In this document: one piece after another, positions 19,585-28,572 of the stretch
Layout: each line of letters begins with the position of its first letter
How positions within the stretch are numbered: the first letter of the stretch is position 1
DNA from: Candidatus Omnitrophota bacterium
GTDB lineage: Bacteria; Omnitrophota; Gorgyraeia; Gygaellales; Profunditerraquicolaceae
Assembly (NCBI GenBank): GCA_016208765.1
Contig: JACQXK010000001.1
Location: 128,218-192,217, forward strand
Reading direction: 5' to 3'
Length of the DNA stretch: 64,000 nucleotides
Notes under the pieces: generated by a model
Databases searched by the model: none
What the model saw: only the letters and a program-made list of their open reading frames with translations
What the model was told of the DNA's origin: nothing
Translations under genes and position numbers: made by a program

Positions 19585-19619
19585 CGTTATGGTAAAATAA
19601 ACACCAAAGGGAGGTCAAA

Positions 19620-20027
19620 ATGATCAAGACTGTTAAGTTGAGCAAGGAGTTGGTGGTAACTGTGATCAACAAAATCGGGATTTTAGCGGATATGTCCAAG
19701 ATTGTTTCTGATCACGGCCTTAATATTGAAGCTGTAGCCGGGTATGCTACCAATAATGAAGCAAAGGTAATGATCGTTACCGACGATAATTTGCGCGCAG
19801 GAGATGCCTTAAGAAAAGCTGGTTACAATTCTATCAAAGAAAATGAAATAATTATTCTTGAATTGGAAAATAAATCCGGTGCCCTTCGTCAGATCACTTC
19901 AAGTTTGGCAGCCTCCGGAATTGATATCAAGCAGGTTTATGGGACCGCCTGCACTGCAGGGTGCCCTGCAAAAATAGTTTTGTCTACTAGTAATAATGAG
20001 AAAGCATTTTTAGTTTTTAAGAAATAA
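19620..20027 (+). CDS. Tandem ACT-domain protein
   Basis: Two ~65-aa ACT-like halves (VVTVINKIGILADMSKIV..., IIILELENKSGALRQITSSLAASGIDI...). Confidence 0.7.
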   Translation: MIKTVKLSKELVVTVINKIGILADMSKIVSDHGLNIEAVAGYATNNEAKVMIVTDDNLRAGDALRKAGYNSIKENEIIILELENKSGALRQITSSLAASGIDIKQVYGTACTAGCPAKIVLSTSNNEKAFLVFKK

Positions 20028-20054
20028 ATTTGATGGAATTTAGGGGACGGCCAA

Positions 20055-20459
20055 ATGAATAATACAGATGTGAAGAAGGTTCTCATAATTGATGACGAAA
20101 CTGATTTTGTGGAAGTCTTGACAGAAAGAGTCAGGGCTTGGGGTTATGATGTGTATTCTGCCTCAAACGGAAAAGAGGCCTTGGCGCTGATGAAAACAGA
20201 CAAGCCGGATATTATTGTCTTGGATTATCTTATGCCGGAGATGAATGGCTTGGAAACCTTGAGAGAGGTCCGTAAAATTGACAAAAAGCTTCCGGTGATC
20301 ATGCTTACTGTTATTCAGGATATGGTGGCAATCAAGGGTATAGAAAAGTATGATGTCAGCGCTTTTATTCCCAAGCTAAGCGCATATTCTGATACGCAGG
20401 CTTCTTTAAAAGCAGCGCTTGACCTGGTAAAGATCAAGCTTAATAAAAACAAGAAATAG
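20055..20459 (+). CDS. Stand-alone CheY-like response regulator receiver
   Basis: Receiver motifs: acidic pair DDE, phospho-acceptor D in IIVLDYLMP, and T/K residues (LTV, IPK). Confidence 0.85.
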   Translation: MNNTDVKKVLIIDDETDFVEVLTERVRAWGYDVYSASNGKEALALMKTDKPDIIVLDYLMPEMNGLETLREVRKIDKKLPVIMLTVIQDMVAIKGIEKYDVSAFIPKLSAYSDTQASLKAALDLVKIKLNKNKK

Positions 20460-20461
20460 GA

Positions 20462-20854
20462 ATGAGTATTAAAAAGAGGATTTATTATCACCACACGGAT
20501 TGCGGGGGTGTGGTTTATTACGGGAATTATCTTTCTTTCCTGGAAGAAGCGCGCACGGATTTTCTTGAAGAAAAAGGTGTGTTAGTCAAGGACTTAGCGG
20601 CACAAGGCACTCTTTTTGTAGTTGCCCGGCAGGAAATAGATTATAAATTCCCGTCTTTTTACGGTGATGTTTTAGAAATCGTTACCCGTGTTTCTGAGAC
20701 AAGCGGAGTACGTATTAATTTTGAATATGATTTGATAAATCAAAACAAGCAGCTTGTGTCAAAAGCAAAGACAATCCTTGTCTGTGTTGATTCAAGCCTC
20801 AAGCCAAAACCTATCCCTGAGCAAATCCGCCAGAAGATTTCCTGTTCTAAATGA
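20462..20854 (+). CDS. YbgC/4HBT-family acyl-CoA thioesterase
   Basis: Hotdog-fold N-terminal motif YYHHTDCGGVVYYGNYLSF. Confidence 0.8.
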   Translation: MSIKKRIYYHHTDCGGVVYYGNYLSFLEEARTDFLEEKGVLVKDLAAQGTLFVVARQEIDYKFPSFYGDVLEIVTRVSETSGVRINFEYDLINQNKQLVSKAKTILVCVDSSLKPKPIPEQIRQKISCSK

Positions 20855-21117
20855 AAACCCAGCCGTTTATGCATAATAAATCTTTATTTTTAGTTAGCCA
20901 AAGTGGCTGCCTGTTGCCTTTGTTAATTATGTTTAATTTATTTTTTGGTTGGTTGTTCCTTAAGCCGGCTGCTTGGTTTTTGCTGGAGGCAGGTTTTATT
21001 ATATTATTTATCATAAATTCCTATATATTCAGCCGCAGGCTGCACTCATATGCTCAAAAGCGCAATAATGTTGTGGATGTGGAAGGCAAGGTTGTTGAGG
21101 ACATAGAAAATAATTGA
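20851..21117 (+). CDS. Small two-TM membrane protein
   Basis: Two hydrophobic helices. Overlaps the upstream stop. No homology recognised. Confidence 0.35.
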   Translation: MKTQPFMHNKSLFLVSQSGCLLPLLIMFNLFFGWLFLKPAAWFLLEAGFIILFIINSYIFSRRLHSYAQKRNNVVDVEGKVVEDIENN

Positions 21118-21191
21118 CATTGTTTTCTTTTGTGTTAAAGTAATCCCTATTTCGCGCAGTATATTTTAAAAAAAAGAAGGAGGATGTAAAA

Positions 21192-23294
21192 ATGTTTGGT
21201 TTTGATTTACTGATTTTGGCTCCAATAGGTTCAATTCTTGCGCTTTCGTTTGCTTTTTACCTTGCTCTTAGTGTTTTGAAGATGGATCAGGGTACGGACC
21301 GGATGAAAGAAATCGCGCAGGCAGTGCGAATTGGCGCACAGGCATATTTAAAACGCCAGTATGTTGGGGTCGCTTTATTTTTTGTGGCAGTGTTTTGTAT
21401 TTTGATGTTCATGGCAGTGAAGAATTATTTGGTTATTTTTGTTCCTTTTGCGTTTCTTACCGGCGGGTTGTTCTCAGGGCTTTCCGGGTTTATCGGAATG
21501 AACATAGCTACTCAATCTTCAAATCGCACAGCTGCAGCAGCAATGAAAAGCCTTAATTCAGGTTTACGCGTAGCTTTTTCAAGCGGCGCAGTTATGGGGC
21601 TTACTGTGGTAGGGCTTGGTTTATTGGATTTAAGTATCTGGTATTATTTTTTAAACTGGTATTATTCCTGTCATCCGATTCCATTGGGGACAGATAAAAT
21701 AGCTGCAATTACATCCACTATGCTTTGTTTTGGTATGGGGGCCAGCTCTCAGGCATTGTTTGCCAGGGTCGGCGGAGGTATTTTTACCAAGGCTGCGGAT
21801 GTAGGCGCTGATTTGGTGGGGAAAGTTGAAGCAGGTATTCCTGAAGATGACCCGCGTAATCCTGCAGTTATCGCTGATAATGTCGGTGATAATGTCGGCG
21901 ATGTGGCTGGGATGGGCGCTGATTTGTATGAGTCTTATGTCGGTTCTATTGTGGCTACTTCTGCACTTGGTGTTGCTGCCGGATTAGGTGTTGCCGGTGT
22001 AACTGTTCCTATGGTTATGGCAGCAGTAGGCGTAGTTGCTTCAATTATCGGGACGTTCTTTGTGAAAAGCAAAGAAGACGCAAGTCAAAGTGCCTTGTTA
22101 GCTGCGCTTCGTAAAGGCGTGTTTGCCAGTTCTTTTATTGTGGCTGTGATATCTTTTTTCTTGATCAAGGCCACCTTGGGTGTTGAACATATGGGCGTTT
22201 ATTGGTCAGTGCTTACAGGCTTATTGGCCGGTGTTTTAATTGGTTTGTGCACAGAATATTATACTTCAAGCGGATTTAAGCCTACGCGCTTTATTGCGGA
22301 TCAGTCAGTTACAGGGCCTGCAACAGTAATTATCGGAGGTCTTGCTGTTGGGATGATGTCTACAGCTTTACCTGTGTTGATTGTGGGTATTGCTATTTTG
22401 GCCAGCTACTTTTTATCAGGTGGTGCAGCTAATTTTAACTCTGGCCTCTACGGTATAGCTATTTCTGCAGTAGGCATGCTTTCTACTTTGGGGATTACCT
22501 TGGCCACTGATGCTTATGGTCCGGTTGCGGATAATGCCGGCGGAAACGCAGAGATGTCGCATCTGCCTCCTGAGGTAAGAAAGAGAACCGATGCCTTGGA
22601 TTCTTTGGGAAATACCACTGCAGCAACGGGCAAGGGTTTTGCCATTGGTTCTGCTGCTTTAACTGCTTTGGCATTAATTGCTGCATTCAGGGATCAGGTG
22701 GGTTTGTATGGCAAAGAAATGGTTTTAAGCTTAATGAATCCAAATGTATTGGTAGGTTTGTTTTTTGGCGGGATGCTTCCATTTTTCTTCTGCTCTATGA
22801 CCATGCGCGCAGTAGGACGAGCTGCTGGTAAAATCGTTGTGGAAGTGCGCAGGCAATTTAAGGAAATTGCCGGCCTGATGGAAGGAAAAGCCAAGCCTGA
22901 TTATGCTCGTTGTGTTACTATTGCAACGGCTGCGGCCCAGAAAGAAATGATCATGCCTTCGCTTTTGGCAGTGGCTGCTCCGATTGTGGTTGGCCTTTTA
23001 ATTGGTGTTGAGGCAGTAGCTGGGTTATTGACTGGAGCAACTGTCTGCGGTTTTGTTTTGGCGGTAATGATGGCTAATTCCGGAGGCGCATGGGATAATG
23101 CCAAGAAATACATTGAAGAGGGGCATCATGGGGGCAAAGGTTCTTTAGCGCATAAGGCAGGAGTAGTTGGTGATACAGTAGGGGATCCTTTTAAAGATAC
23201 TTCCGGGCCTAGTTTAAATATTTTAATTAAGCTGATGTCTATGGTGTCTATTGTATTTGCTTCTTTTATTATCAGAAACACTTTTTTTAAGTAG
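21192..23294 (+). CDS. hppA: Membrane-bound proton/sodium-translocating pyrophosphatase
   Basis: 700 aa with ~16 TM segments. Diagnostic motifs [18 protein letters not shown] and [22 protein letters not shown]. Candidate TTGACA-N16-TGTTAAAGT promoter at 21114-21141. Confidence 0.95.
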   Translation: MFGFDLLILAPIGSILALSFAFYLALSVLKMDQGTDRMKEIAQAVRIGAQAYLKRQYVGVALFFVAVFCILMFMAVKNYLVIFVPFAFLTGGLFSGLSGFIGMNIATQSSNRTAAAAMKSLNSGLRVAFSSGAVMGLTVVGLGLLDLSIWYYFLNWYYSCHPIPLGTDKIAAITSTMLCFGMGASSQALFARVGGGIFTKAADVGADLVGKVEAGIPEDDPRNPAVIADNVGDNVGDVAGMGADLYESYVGSIVATSALGVAAGLGVAGVTVPMVMAAVGVVASIIGTFFVKSKEDASQSALLAALRKGVFASSFIVAVISFFLIKATLGVEHMGVYWSVLTGLLAGVLIGLCTEYYTSSGFKPTRFIADQSVTGPATVIIGGLAVGMMSTALPVLIVGIAILASYFLSGGAANFNSGLYGIAISAVGMLSTLGITLATDAYGPVADNAGGNAEMSHLPPEVRKRTDALDSLGNTTAATGKGFAIGSAALTALALIAAFRDQVGLYGKEMVLSLMNPNVLVGLFFGGMLPFFFCSMTMRAVGRAAGKIVVEVRRQFKEIAGLMEGKAKPDYARCVTIATAAAQKEMIMPSLLAVAAPIVVGLLIGVEAVAGLLTGATVCGFVLAVMMANSGGAWDNAKKYIEEGHHGGKGSLAHKAGVVGDTVGDPFKDTSGPSLNILIKLMSMVSIVFASFIIRNTFFK

Positions 23295-23312
23295 TTTTTT
23301 TAGTCTCAAATA

Positions 23313-23357
23313 GCAAGCGGGCGTTTCTAATTATAGGAAACGCCCGCTTTGTTTTTC
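23313..23357. terminator. Rho-independent terminator after hppA
   Basis: Stem GCAAGCGGGCGTTTC, loop taattatag, stem GAAACGCCCGCTT(T), followed by GTTTTT. Confidence 0.7.
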
Positions 23358-23384
23358 GGGTTTTAGTGGTATAATAAATTTGTT

Positions 23385-23987
23385 ATGGAAGATTTAGAAT
23401 TTGCCCAAAAATGCGCTAAAGGGGACAATAACTCTTGGGATGAATTCTTAAAGAAATATTCCCGCCTTATTTACAATTATATTTATCAGGTTTTAAATAA
23501 TAAAGGTTACAATTCCAACCTGTACCTGCATGATGTTTTTCAGGATTTTTTCTATTTTTTGATCAAAGATGACTACAAAAAAATCAAAAGTTTTAAGGCA
23601 AAAAACGGCTGCTCTTTGGCAAGCTGGCTAAGGCAGGTGGCGATTAATTTTACTTTAAATTATATCCGCCGCATTAAGCCGGAAGTTTCTTTGGATGAAC
23701 AGAGAGACGATGAATTAAGCTTAAAAGAGATTATAGCTGATGAAAATGCATCCAGCGATGATTATCTTGCTCAAGAGGAAAAGCTTGATGATTTAAAAGA
23801 TTGTATCCGCGCCTTAAATAACGACGAGAAGATGTTTATAGATTTGAATATTTTTCGCGGTATCCCCATGGAAAACATGAAGGATTATTTTCAAGTGGGC
23901 AGGTCAGCTTTAGATATGCGTAAATCGCGGATCATTGAAAAACTCAGGGATTGCTTTAAAAGCAAAGGTTTTATGTTAGATTTTTAG
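23385..23987 (+). CDS. ECF-family RNA polymerase sigma factor
   Basis: Sigma-70 region 2 (YSRLIYNYIYQVLNN...DVFQDFF) and region 4 HTH (FIDLNIFRGIPMENMKDYFQVGRSALDMRKSRIIEKL). Extended -10 TGGTATAAT at 23367-23375 lies only ~9 nt before the ATG, so the transcript may be leaderless or nearly so. Confidence 0.8.
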   Translation: MEDLEFAQKCAKGDNNSWDEFLKKYSRLIYNYIYQVLNNKGYNSNLYLHDVFQDFFYFLIKDDYKKIKSFKAKNGCSLASWLRQVAINFTLNYIRRIKPEVSLDEQRDDELSLKEIIADENASSDDYLAQEEKLDDLKDCIRALNNDEKMFIDLNIFRGIPMENMKDYFQVGRSALDMRKSRIIEKLRDCFKSKGFMLDF

Positions 23988-24024
23988 TTTTTATGTGTCT
24001 ATTATAGTAGGGAGGGTATAGATT

Positions 24025-24729
24025 ATGCAGGACAAAATGGATAAGCTTGTTAAGCATGTTTATAAAAAATACAAAGCTGATGTGCATGTTTATGAAAATG
24101 AGCATCCGGGAGAAGAAAGGCTGGCGTCTTTTTTGGAGGGGGGATTATCTAAGGATGAGTCTGAGCATGTTAAGGCGCATTTATTAAGCTGCAGCGATTG
24201 CATGGATAATTTTGCATCTAATTTTCCAGTTTTTCCAATTGAGAAATTAGATGTTCCGGCAGCTGGCCTTGCTGAATTAAAAGAGTTGATCTTGGCGCAG
24301 AAAAAAGTTTCTTTTCTTGAGATAGCCTTGCGGTTAAAAGAGAAAATGCTTGAGGTGATTAATACTAACGGCGATTGCTTAGTTGGGCTTGAATTGATCC
24401 CCGCTCCTGTTTTACGCAGCAGGGAAATAAAGGATTTTAAAGATGAAGTTGTTATTTTAAAGGATTTTGGTGACATAAGAGTAGAGGTAAAAGTAGAGAA
24501 TAAAGATAAAAATACGTTTAATCTTATAATTGTGGCAAAGAACAGGCAGACACAGCAGGTGCTTAAAGATTTAAGAATAACCTTAATTAAAGATGGATTA
24601 GAAATGGAGTCGTGCCTTGCAAATTCCGGCTCGGTTGTTTTTGAACATGTGGAATTGGGTGTTTATAAGGTTGAGGTTTCCAGCATTGAAGAAAGGCTCG
24701 CTTCTATTCTGCTGGATGTAAAGGCCTAA
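24025..24729 (+). CDS. Putative cytoplasmic zf-HC2 anti-sigma factor with a C-terminal domain of unknown function
   Basis: Motif HVKAHLLSCSDCMD matches the H-x3-C-x2-C anti-sigma zinc finger. No TM segment. Located immediately downstream of the ECF sigma gene. Confidence 0.6.
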   Translation: MQDKMDKLVKHVYKKYKADVHVYENEHPGEERLASFLEGGLSKDESEHVKAHLLSCSDCMDNFASNFPVFPIEKLDVPAAGLAELKELILAQKKVSFLEIALRLKEKMLEVINTNGDCLVGLELIPAPVLRSREIKDFKDEVVILKDFGDIRVEVKVENKDKNTFNLIIVAKNRQTQQVLKDLRITLIKDGLEMESCLANSGSVVFEHVELGVYKVEVSSIEERLASILLDVKA

Positions 24730-24734
24730 GCCAA

Positions 24735-26942
24735 ATGCAAAAAGAAAAAGCATTAATCCTTGAAATATTCAGGCAGGATTCCGGCCTTAAGATGGGCCTT
24801 TTTGAGGCTGATGATTTTGTTTCTACGCTTCGGCATTATGCCAATGTGCATGTTTTGTTTACTGAAATTGATAGCCTTTGTTCAGAGTTGGCCGTAGCGT
24901 TGAATAAAGTAGACAGAAACGGAAATTTGGATCCGGATGCGCTGAAGCAATTGACAAAAGTCGGAAGTTTATTATGGAGCCATTTATTTAGCCGGCAGAT
25001 AAAAGAGAAGCTGAAGAACTCAGGTATCTTTGATTTAGTTTTGTCAATTGATGAAGAGCTGGTGAATATTCCCTGGGAGCTTCTTTATGACGGGACAAAT
25101 TTCCTGTGCTTAAATTTTAATCTTGGCCGTGTGGTGCGCACTAAGTCTGAAAATTCTCCTGTGCAATACCGCAGTTTTTCCTCTGCGCCAAAGATGCTTA
25201 TTTTGGCAAATCCCACCAATGACCTAAAATCAGCTTATATTGAGGGCCTGAACATTAAGAATCAGTTTGAGCGAAAAAGAAATAATGTGCGCATTGATTT
25301 TAAATCAACTCTGATTAACAGGCTTTATGTAAAGAAGAACCTGCAGGATTATGACATTATGCATTTTGCCGGACACTGTGAATATGAGGAATCCAATCCT
25401 TCGGCAAGCGGCTGGGTGCTTTCCGACGGCAGGTTTACAGTGCAGGATATCTTGGGTATCGGGCCGGATGTGCAGCTTCCGTCATTAATATTTTCTAATG
25501 CCTGTCATTCTGCTTTCCCGGGGGCAAGCCTTCCTGAGGCTGATTATCAGAAGAAAGCATACAGTTTAGCTGCGGCGTTCTTACTCTCCGGGGTAAGGCA
25601 TTATATCGGCACGATCCGCAGGATTGAAGATACGGCAAGCCTTAGTTTTGCGCAGGAATTCTATTCTCATCTGGTTTTCGGCAAGCCCATCGGAGAGAGT
25701 CTGCGCCTGGCGCGGATTAAATTAATTAAAGACCGCGGGATCATGTCTATTCATTGGGCCAGCCACCTGCTTTATGGGAATCCGGGTTTTGTTTTTTTTA
25801 AATCTCAGGCAAAGGCCGAGCCTAAAAGGCCTAAAATAACTTTTCGTTTGCCAAAAAAGGTTATTGGCGCGGTTTCTGCCGGTTTTCTCTTAATTTTTCT
25901 GGGAGTTTTTCTGTATTTTTGGCTGCCCAGCAAAAATCCGAATAACTATTTTTTGCTTGCGCAATCAAAAAAGATGTTTTCCGTTGGTGATAATAAGGGG
26001 GTAATTGCTTTAGGTAACAAGATTACATCTAAGGATCCTGATTTTCTGGCGGCGTACCCGGTTTTAGCAGAAGCCTATCAGCGCAGCGGAGACCGTGAAA
26101 ATGCCCTGAAGTATTATTTTGAGTATGCGCGTTTTAGCGAGAAGAAAAATGATAAGCGGCATTTGGCGGCAAGTTTTACTGAAATCGGGTGGAATTATCA
26201 TTTGCAAGGGGAATATGCAAAGGCGTTTGAGTATTATGACAAGGCTATTAATTTGAGCCGGCAAAATAAAGATAAATTAAATGAGGCGCGAGCATTGCGT
26301 AAGTTAGCCGTTTGGTACATTGATAAAAAGAATGATGATAAGGCACTTGAATTACTGACGAAAAGCTCTGAGATCAACCGTTCGCGGCAGCATGCCTATG
26401 AACATAAATATAATTTGGCTTGCGATTATTTTGACATGGGGCTTGTTTTTATTAACAAGAATGATTACGAAAGCGCAAAAGAATTCTATGATAAGAGCCG
26501 CAGGTTATTTGAGAAGCTTAAGTTGAAAAACGAGCTAAACGATTATTATTTTAATTTGGGGGAGATTTATGTTGCCCAGAAACAATTTCAAAAGGCGCTG
26601 GATAGTTATATGCAAGGCCTTAAGATTGATGAAAGGCAGAATAATAAAGTTGGCCTGGCATGTGACTACAACATGATCGGAGAATTGTATGTGGAGATGG
26701 ATAATTGGAGCGAGGCTGAGAAATATTTTATGCGCTCATCAAATATGTCCAAAGAGATCAATGCACGGCCGGAACTTGCCGGAGCATATTACAACCTTGG
26801 CCTGTTGTATAAGAAAATGGGAAAGAAAAACAAGGTAAGGGAATACTGGCGCCAGGCGCAGGAAATTTATAAGGCAATTGATGAATCAATGTATCAGGAA
26901 ATTAAGAAAGAACTTCTGGCGTTAAACAATCCGGTTTATTAG
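24735..26942 (+). CDS. CHAT (caspase-like protease) domain - single TM - TPR repeat protein
   Basis: CHAT catalytic dyad context IMHFAGHCEY and IFSNACHSA in the N-terminal ~360 aa. A TM helix VIGAVSAGFLLIFLGVFLYFWL follows a KRPKITFRLPKK patch, so the CHAT domain is predicted cytoplasmic. The C-terminal ~330 aa are TPR-like repeats (AEAYQRSGD..., AKAFEYYDKAINL..., ELAGAYYNLGLLYKKMGK...). Confidence 0.8.
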   Translation: MQKEKALILEIFRQDSGLKMGLFEADDFVSTLRHYANVHVLFTEIDSLCSELAVALNKVDRNGNLDPDALKQLTKVGSLLWSHLFSRQIKEKLKNSGIFDLVLSIDEELVNIPWELLYDGTNFLCLNFNLGRVVRTKSENSPVQYRSFSSAPKMLILANPTNDLKSAYIEGLNIKNQFERKRNNVRIDFKSTLINRLYVKKNLQDYDIMHFAGHCEYEESNPSASGWVLSDGRFTVQDILGIGPDVQLPSLIFSNACHSAFPGASLPEADYQKKAYSLAAAFLLSGVRHYIGTIRRIEDTASLSFAQEFYSHLVFGKPIGESLRLARIKLIKDRGIMSIHWASHLLYGNPGFVFFKSQAKAEPKRPKITFRLPKKVIGAVSAGFLLIFLGVFLYFWLPSKNPNNYFLLAQSKKMFSVGDNKGVIALGNKITSKDPDFLAAYPVLAEAYQRSGDRENALKYYFEYARFSEKKNDKRHLAASFTEIGWNYHLQGEYAKAFEYYDKAINLSRQNKDKLNEARALRKLAVWYIDKKNDDKALELLTKSSEINRSRQHAYEHKYNLACDYFDMGLVFINKNDYESAKEFYDKSRRLFEKLKLKNELNDYYFNLGEIYVAQKQFQKALDSYMQGLKIDERQNNKVGLACDYNMIGELYVEMDNWSEAEKYFMRSSNMSKEINARPELAGAYYNLGLLYKKMGKKNKVREYWRQAQEIYKAIDESMYQEIKKELLALNNPVY

Positions 26943-26959
26943 CGATAGAAATAAGGATT

Positions 26960-27104
26960 CTGTCCTGTCTTGTTCTCGCAGCACCGTTTGCCCCGCCCCA
27001 GCGTGGCGGGGCTGCACTCGGGCGAAAACTCTTGCTCTTCCCCGACTTTTAGTCGGGGAAGAGCAAGAGTTTTCTAACGTGCTGCTCGAATCAAGACAGG
27101 ACAG
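26960..27104. repeat. 145-nt nested inverted-repeat element (long outer stem enclosing two GC-rich hairpins, the second terminator-like)
   Basis: Outer arms ctgtcctgtcttgttctcgcagcac (26960-26984) and gtgctgctcgaatcaagacaggacag (27079-27104). Inner hairpin 1 ccccgcc/ggcgggg at 26992-27011. Inner hairpin 2 is an 18-bp perfect stem ctcttgctcttccccgac/gtcggggaagagcaagag at 27029-27069 followed by TTTTCT. Confidence 0.6.
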
Positions 27105-27227
27105 TTGTTCTTATATGCCGTCTTTCTTAGTTGCGTTAGTTTAATTGCTGAGTCATTCTGAACGAGCACGGCGAGTGAAGGATCTGTGTTTGACAAAACA
27201 AACAGGAAAACTTCACGGAAAATAAAT

Positions 27228-27256
27228 TTGACAGATTCAATATCGGGTAGTATGAT
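27228..27256 (+). promoter_or_regulatory. Sigma70-type promoter for the PKD lipoprotein gene
   Basis: TTGACA (27228-27233), 17-nt spacer, TATGAT (27251-27256). The GTG start at 27293 is preceded by an AAAGGAG RBS. Confidence 0.5.
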
Positions 27257-27292
27257 TATCTAAGTTGTGTTTGGCTAAAAGGAGCTTAATCA

Positions 27293-28546
27293 GTGAAAAG
27301 ATTTGCAGCGATATTATTAGCAGTATTAACTTTATCCGGGTGCGCCACTTACAGGTTTCAAACAGGCCAGCCTCCTTATAATAAAGGTTATGTGGTTGAA
27401 AGAAGCGGCCAGCCTATTGTAGATTATACAGTAGGAAAAAACAACACTGTGCCTTCGGACCTGAAGCTTGCAGTTGAGCGTTTCTATCGTCGTAGAGATA
27501 CTGTTGAGGCTTATTATAAAAAGATGGGTGAGATGGAGGGTAGGTTTAAAGAAGTTTTCTTAAATCCTCCTATTGCCATCGTGCAATTTATCGGAGGATT
27601 CTTCCACCTGCCTTATCTTTATTATTCTAATTATAAATATGAGCATGATCCTAAATACCGCAAAGAAGTTGATAAGGAACAAAATGAACGTCTTGCTGCT
27701 GAACTGGCGCGCAAAAAAGCCGTGCGAGATGAACTCAATGCTTACATAGAGAAGGATTTGGCAAAGGAACCGGTTTTAGCTAAAGAGCCTGAAGTTGTGG
27801 AGACCAAAGTTGAAGAAGTAAAGGTTGCATTAGCCGAAGGAGAAAAAACAACTGTTGTTAAAGAGGAGATAGAAGAACCAAAGGCAAGCACAGAGGCAAA
27901 CCTTGATGTAAATGCTTCAGTGGTAACTGAAGCAAAACCTGCTGAAGTTGAAAAATCTGTAGTTGAGCCTGTTGTTGAAGAAAAAGTTACAGCAGTGCCT
28001 GTTGTCCAGGCAGAGAAAATTGTAACAGAGCCTGCTAAAGAGCCTGTTGCAGGGCCTGCGCAGGAAGAAATAATTGTAACAGAATCTACTCCGGCAGAAA
28101 AGATTACAACAGAACCTGCTTTGACAGAGAAGGCTACAGCAGAGCCAGCTATGGTAGAAAAGGTAGAAACATCTCCTCAGGTTGTTGAGAAACCAGAGCC
28201 TGTTCTTGAAGTTACAGTAAGAAAAGTTGAAGCGCCGAAGATAACCAAAGAAAAAGTAAAACCGCAGGCACAGCCTCCGGTAGCCATAATCATTGCTAAG
28301 CCTGCAAAAGGTTATTCTCCTTTGAGAGTTAAATTTTATGGGCATAAATCCCATTCCCGCGGTTCAAGAATAATCGCCTATCAGTGGGATTTTGGCGACG
28401 GCACCACCTCTAATAAAAAAGACTTCGTTAATACCTACTGGAGCGTTAGCTATGGCTCCAGAAATTTCCCCGTTACACTTACCGTTACTGATAACCGCGG
28501 CAATACCGCCACCGCAACTACGGTTATTGAAGTAAAAAGCAAATAA
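27293..28546 (+). CDS. Lipoprotein with a long E/P/V/K-rich low-complexity linker and a C-terminal PKD domain
   Basis: Lipobox LTLSGC. ~180-aa repetitive acidic/proline region (EPVVEEKV, EPAKEPV, EKPEPVLE ...). PKD signature in the C-terminal ~100 aa (LRVKFYGHKS...WDFGDGTTS...VTLTVTDNRGNTATA). Confidence 0.8.
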   Translation: MKRFAAILLAVLTLSGCATYRFQTGQPPYNKGYVVERSGQPIVDYTVGKNNTVPSDLKLAVERFYRRRDTVEAYYKKMGEMEGRFKEVFLNPPIAIVQFIGGFFHLPYLYYSNYKYEHDPKYRKEVDKEQNERLAAELARKKAVRDELNAYIEKDLAKEPVLAKEPEVVETKVEEVKVALAEGEKTTVVKEEIEEPKASTEANLDVNASVVTEAKPAEVEKSVVEPVVEEKVTAVPVVQAEKIVTEPAKEPVAGPAQEEIIVTESTPAEKITTEPALTEKATAEPAMVEKVETSPQVVEKPEPVLEVTVRKVEAPKITKEKVKPQAQPPVAIIIAKPAKGYSPLRVKFYGHKSHSRGSRIIAYQWDFGDGTTSNKKDFVNTYWSVSYGSRNFPVTLTVTDNRGNTATATTVIEVKSK

Positions 28547-28572
28547 ATAATTCAAGAAATTTTTGTTAGATT

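Noticed and set aside
26943-27292. Insertion sequence or prophage boundary in the long spacer
   Set aside because: There is no transposase or integrase ORF and no flanking direct repeats. The region contains only hairpins and a sigma70 promoter.
27917-28354. 145-aa minus-strand ORF rich in Cys/Phe/Arg
   Set aside because: It lies antisense to the low-complexity E/P/V/K-rich linker of the PKD lipoprotein gene. The open frame is a by-product of repetitive GAA/GTT-type codons, and there is no homology or RBS.
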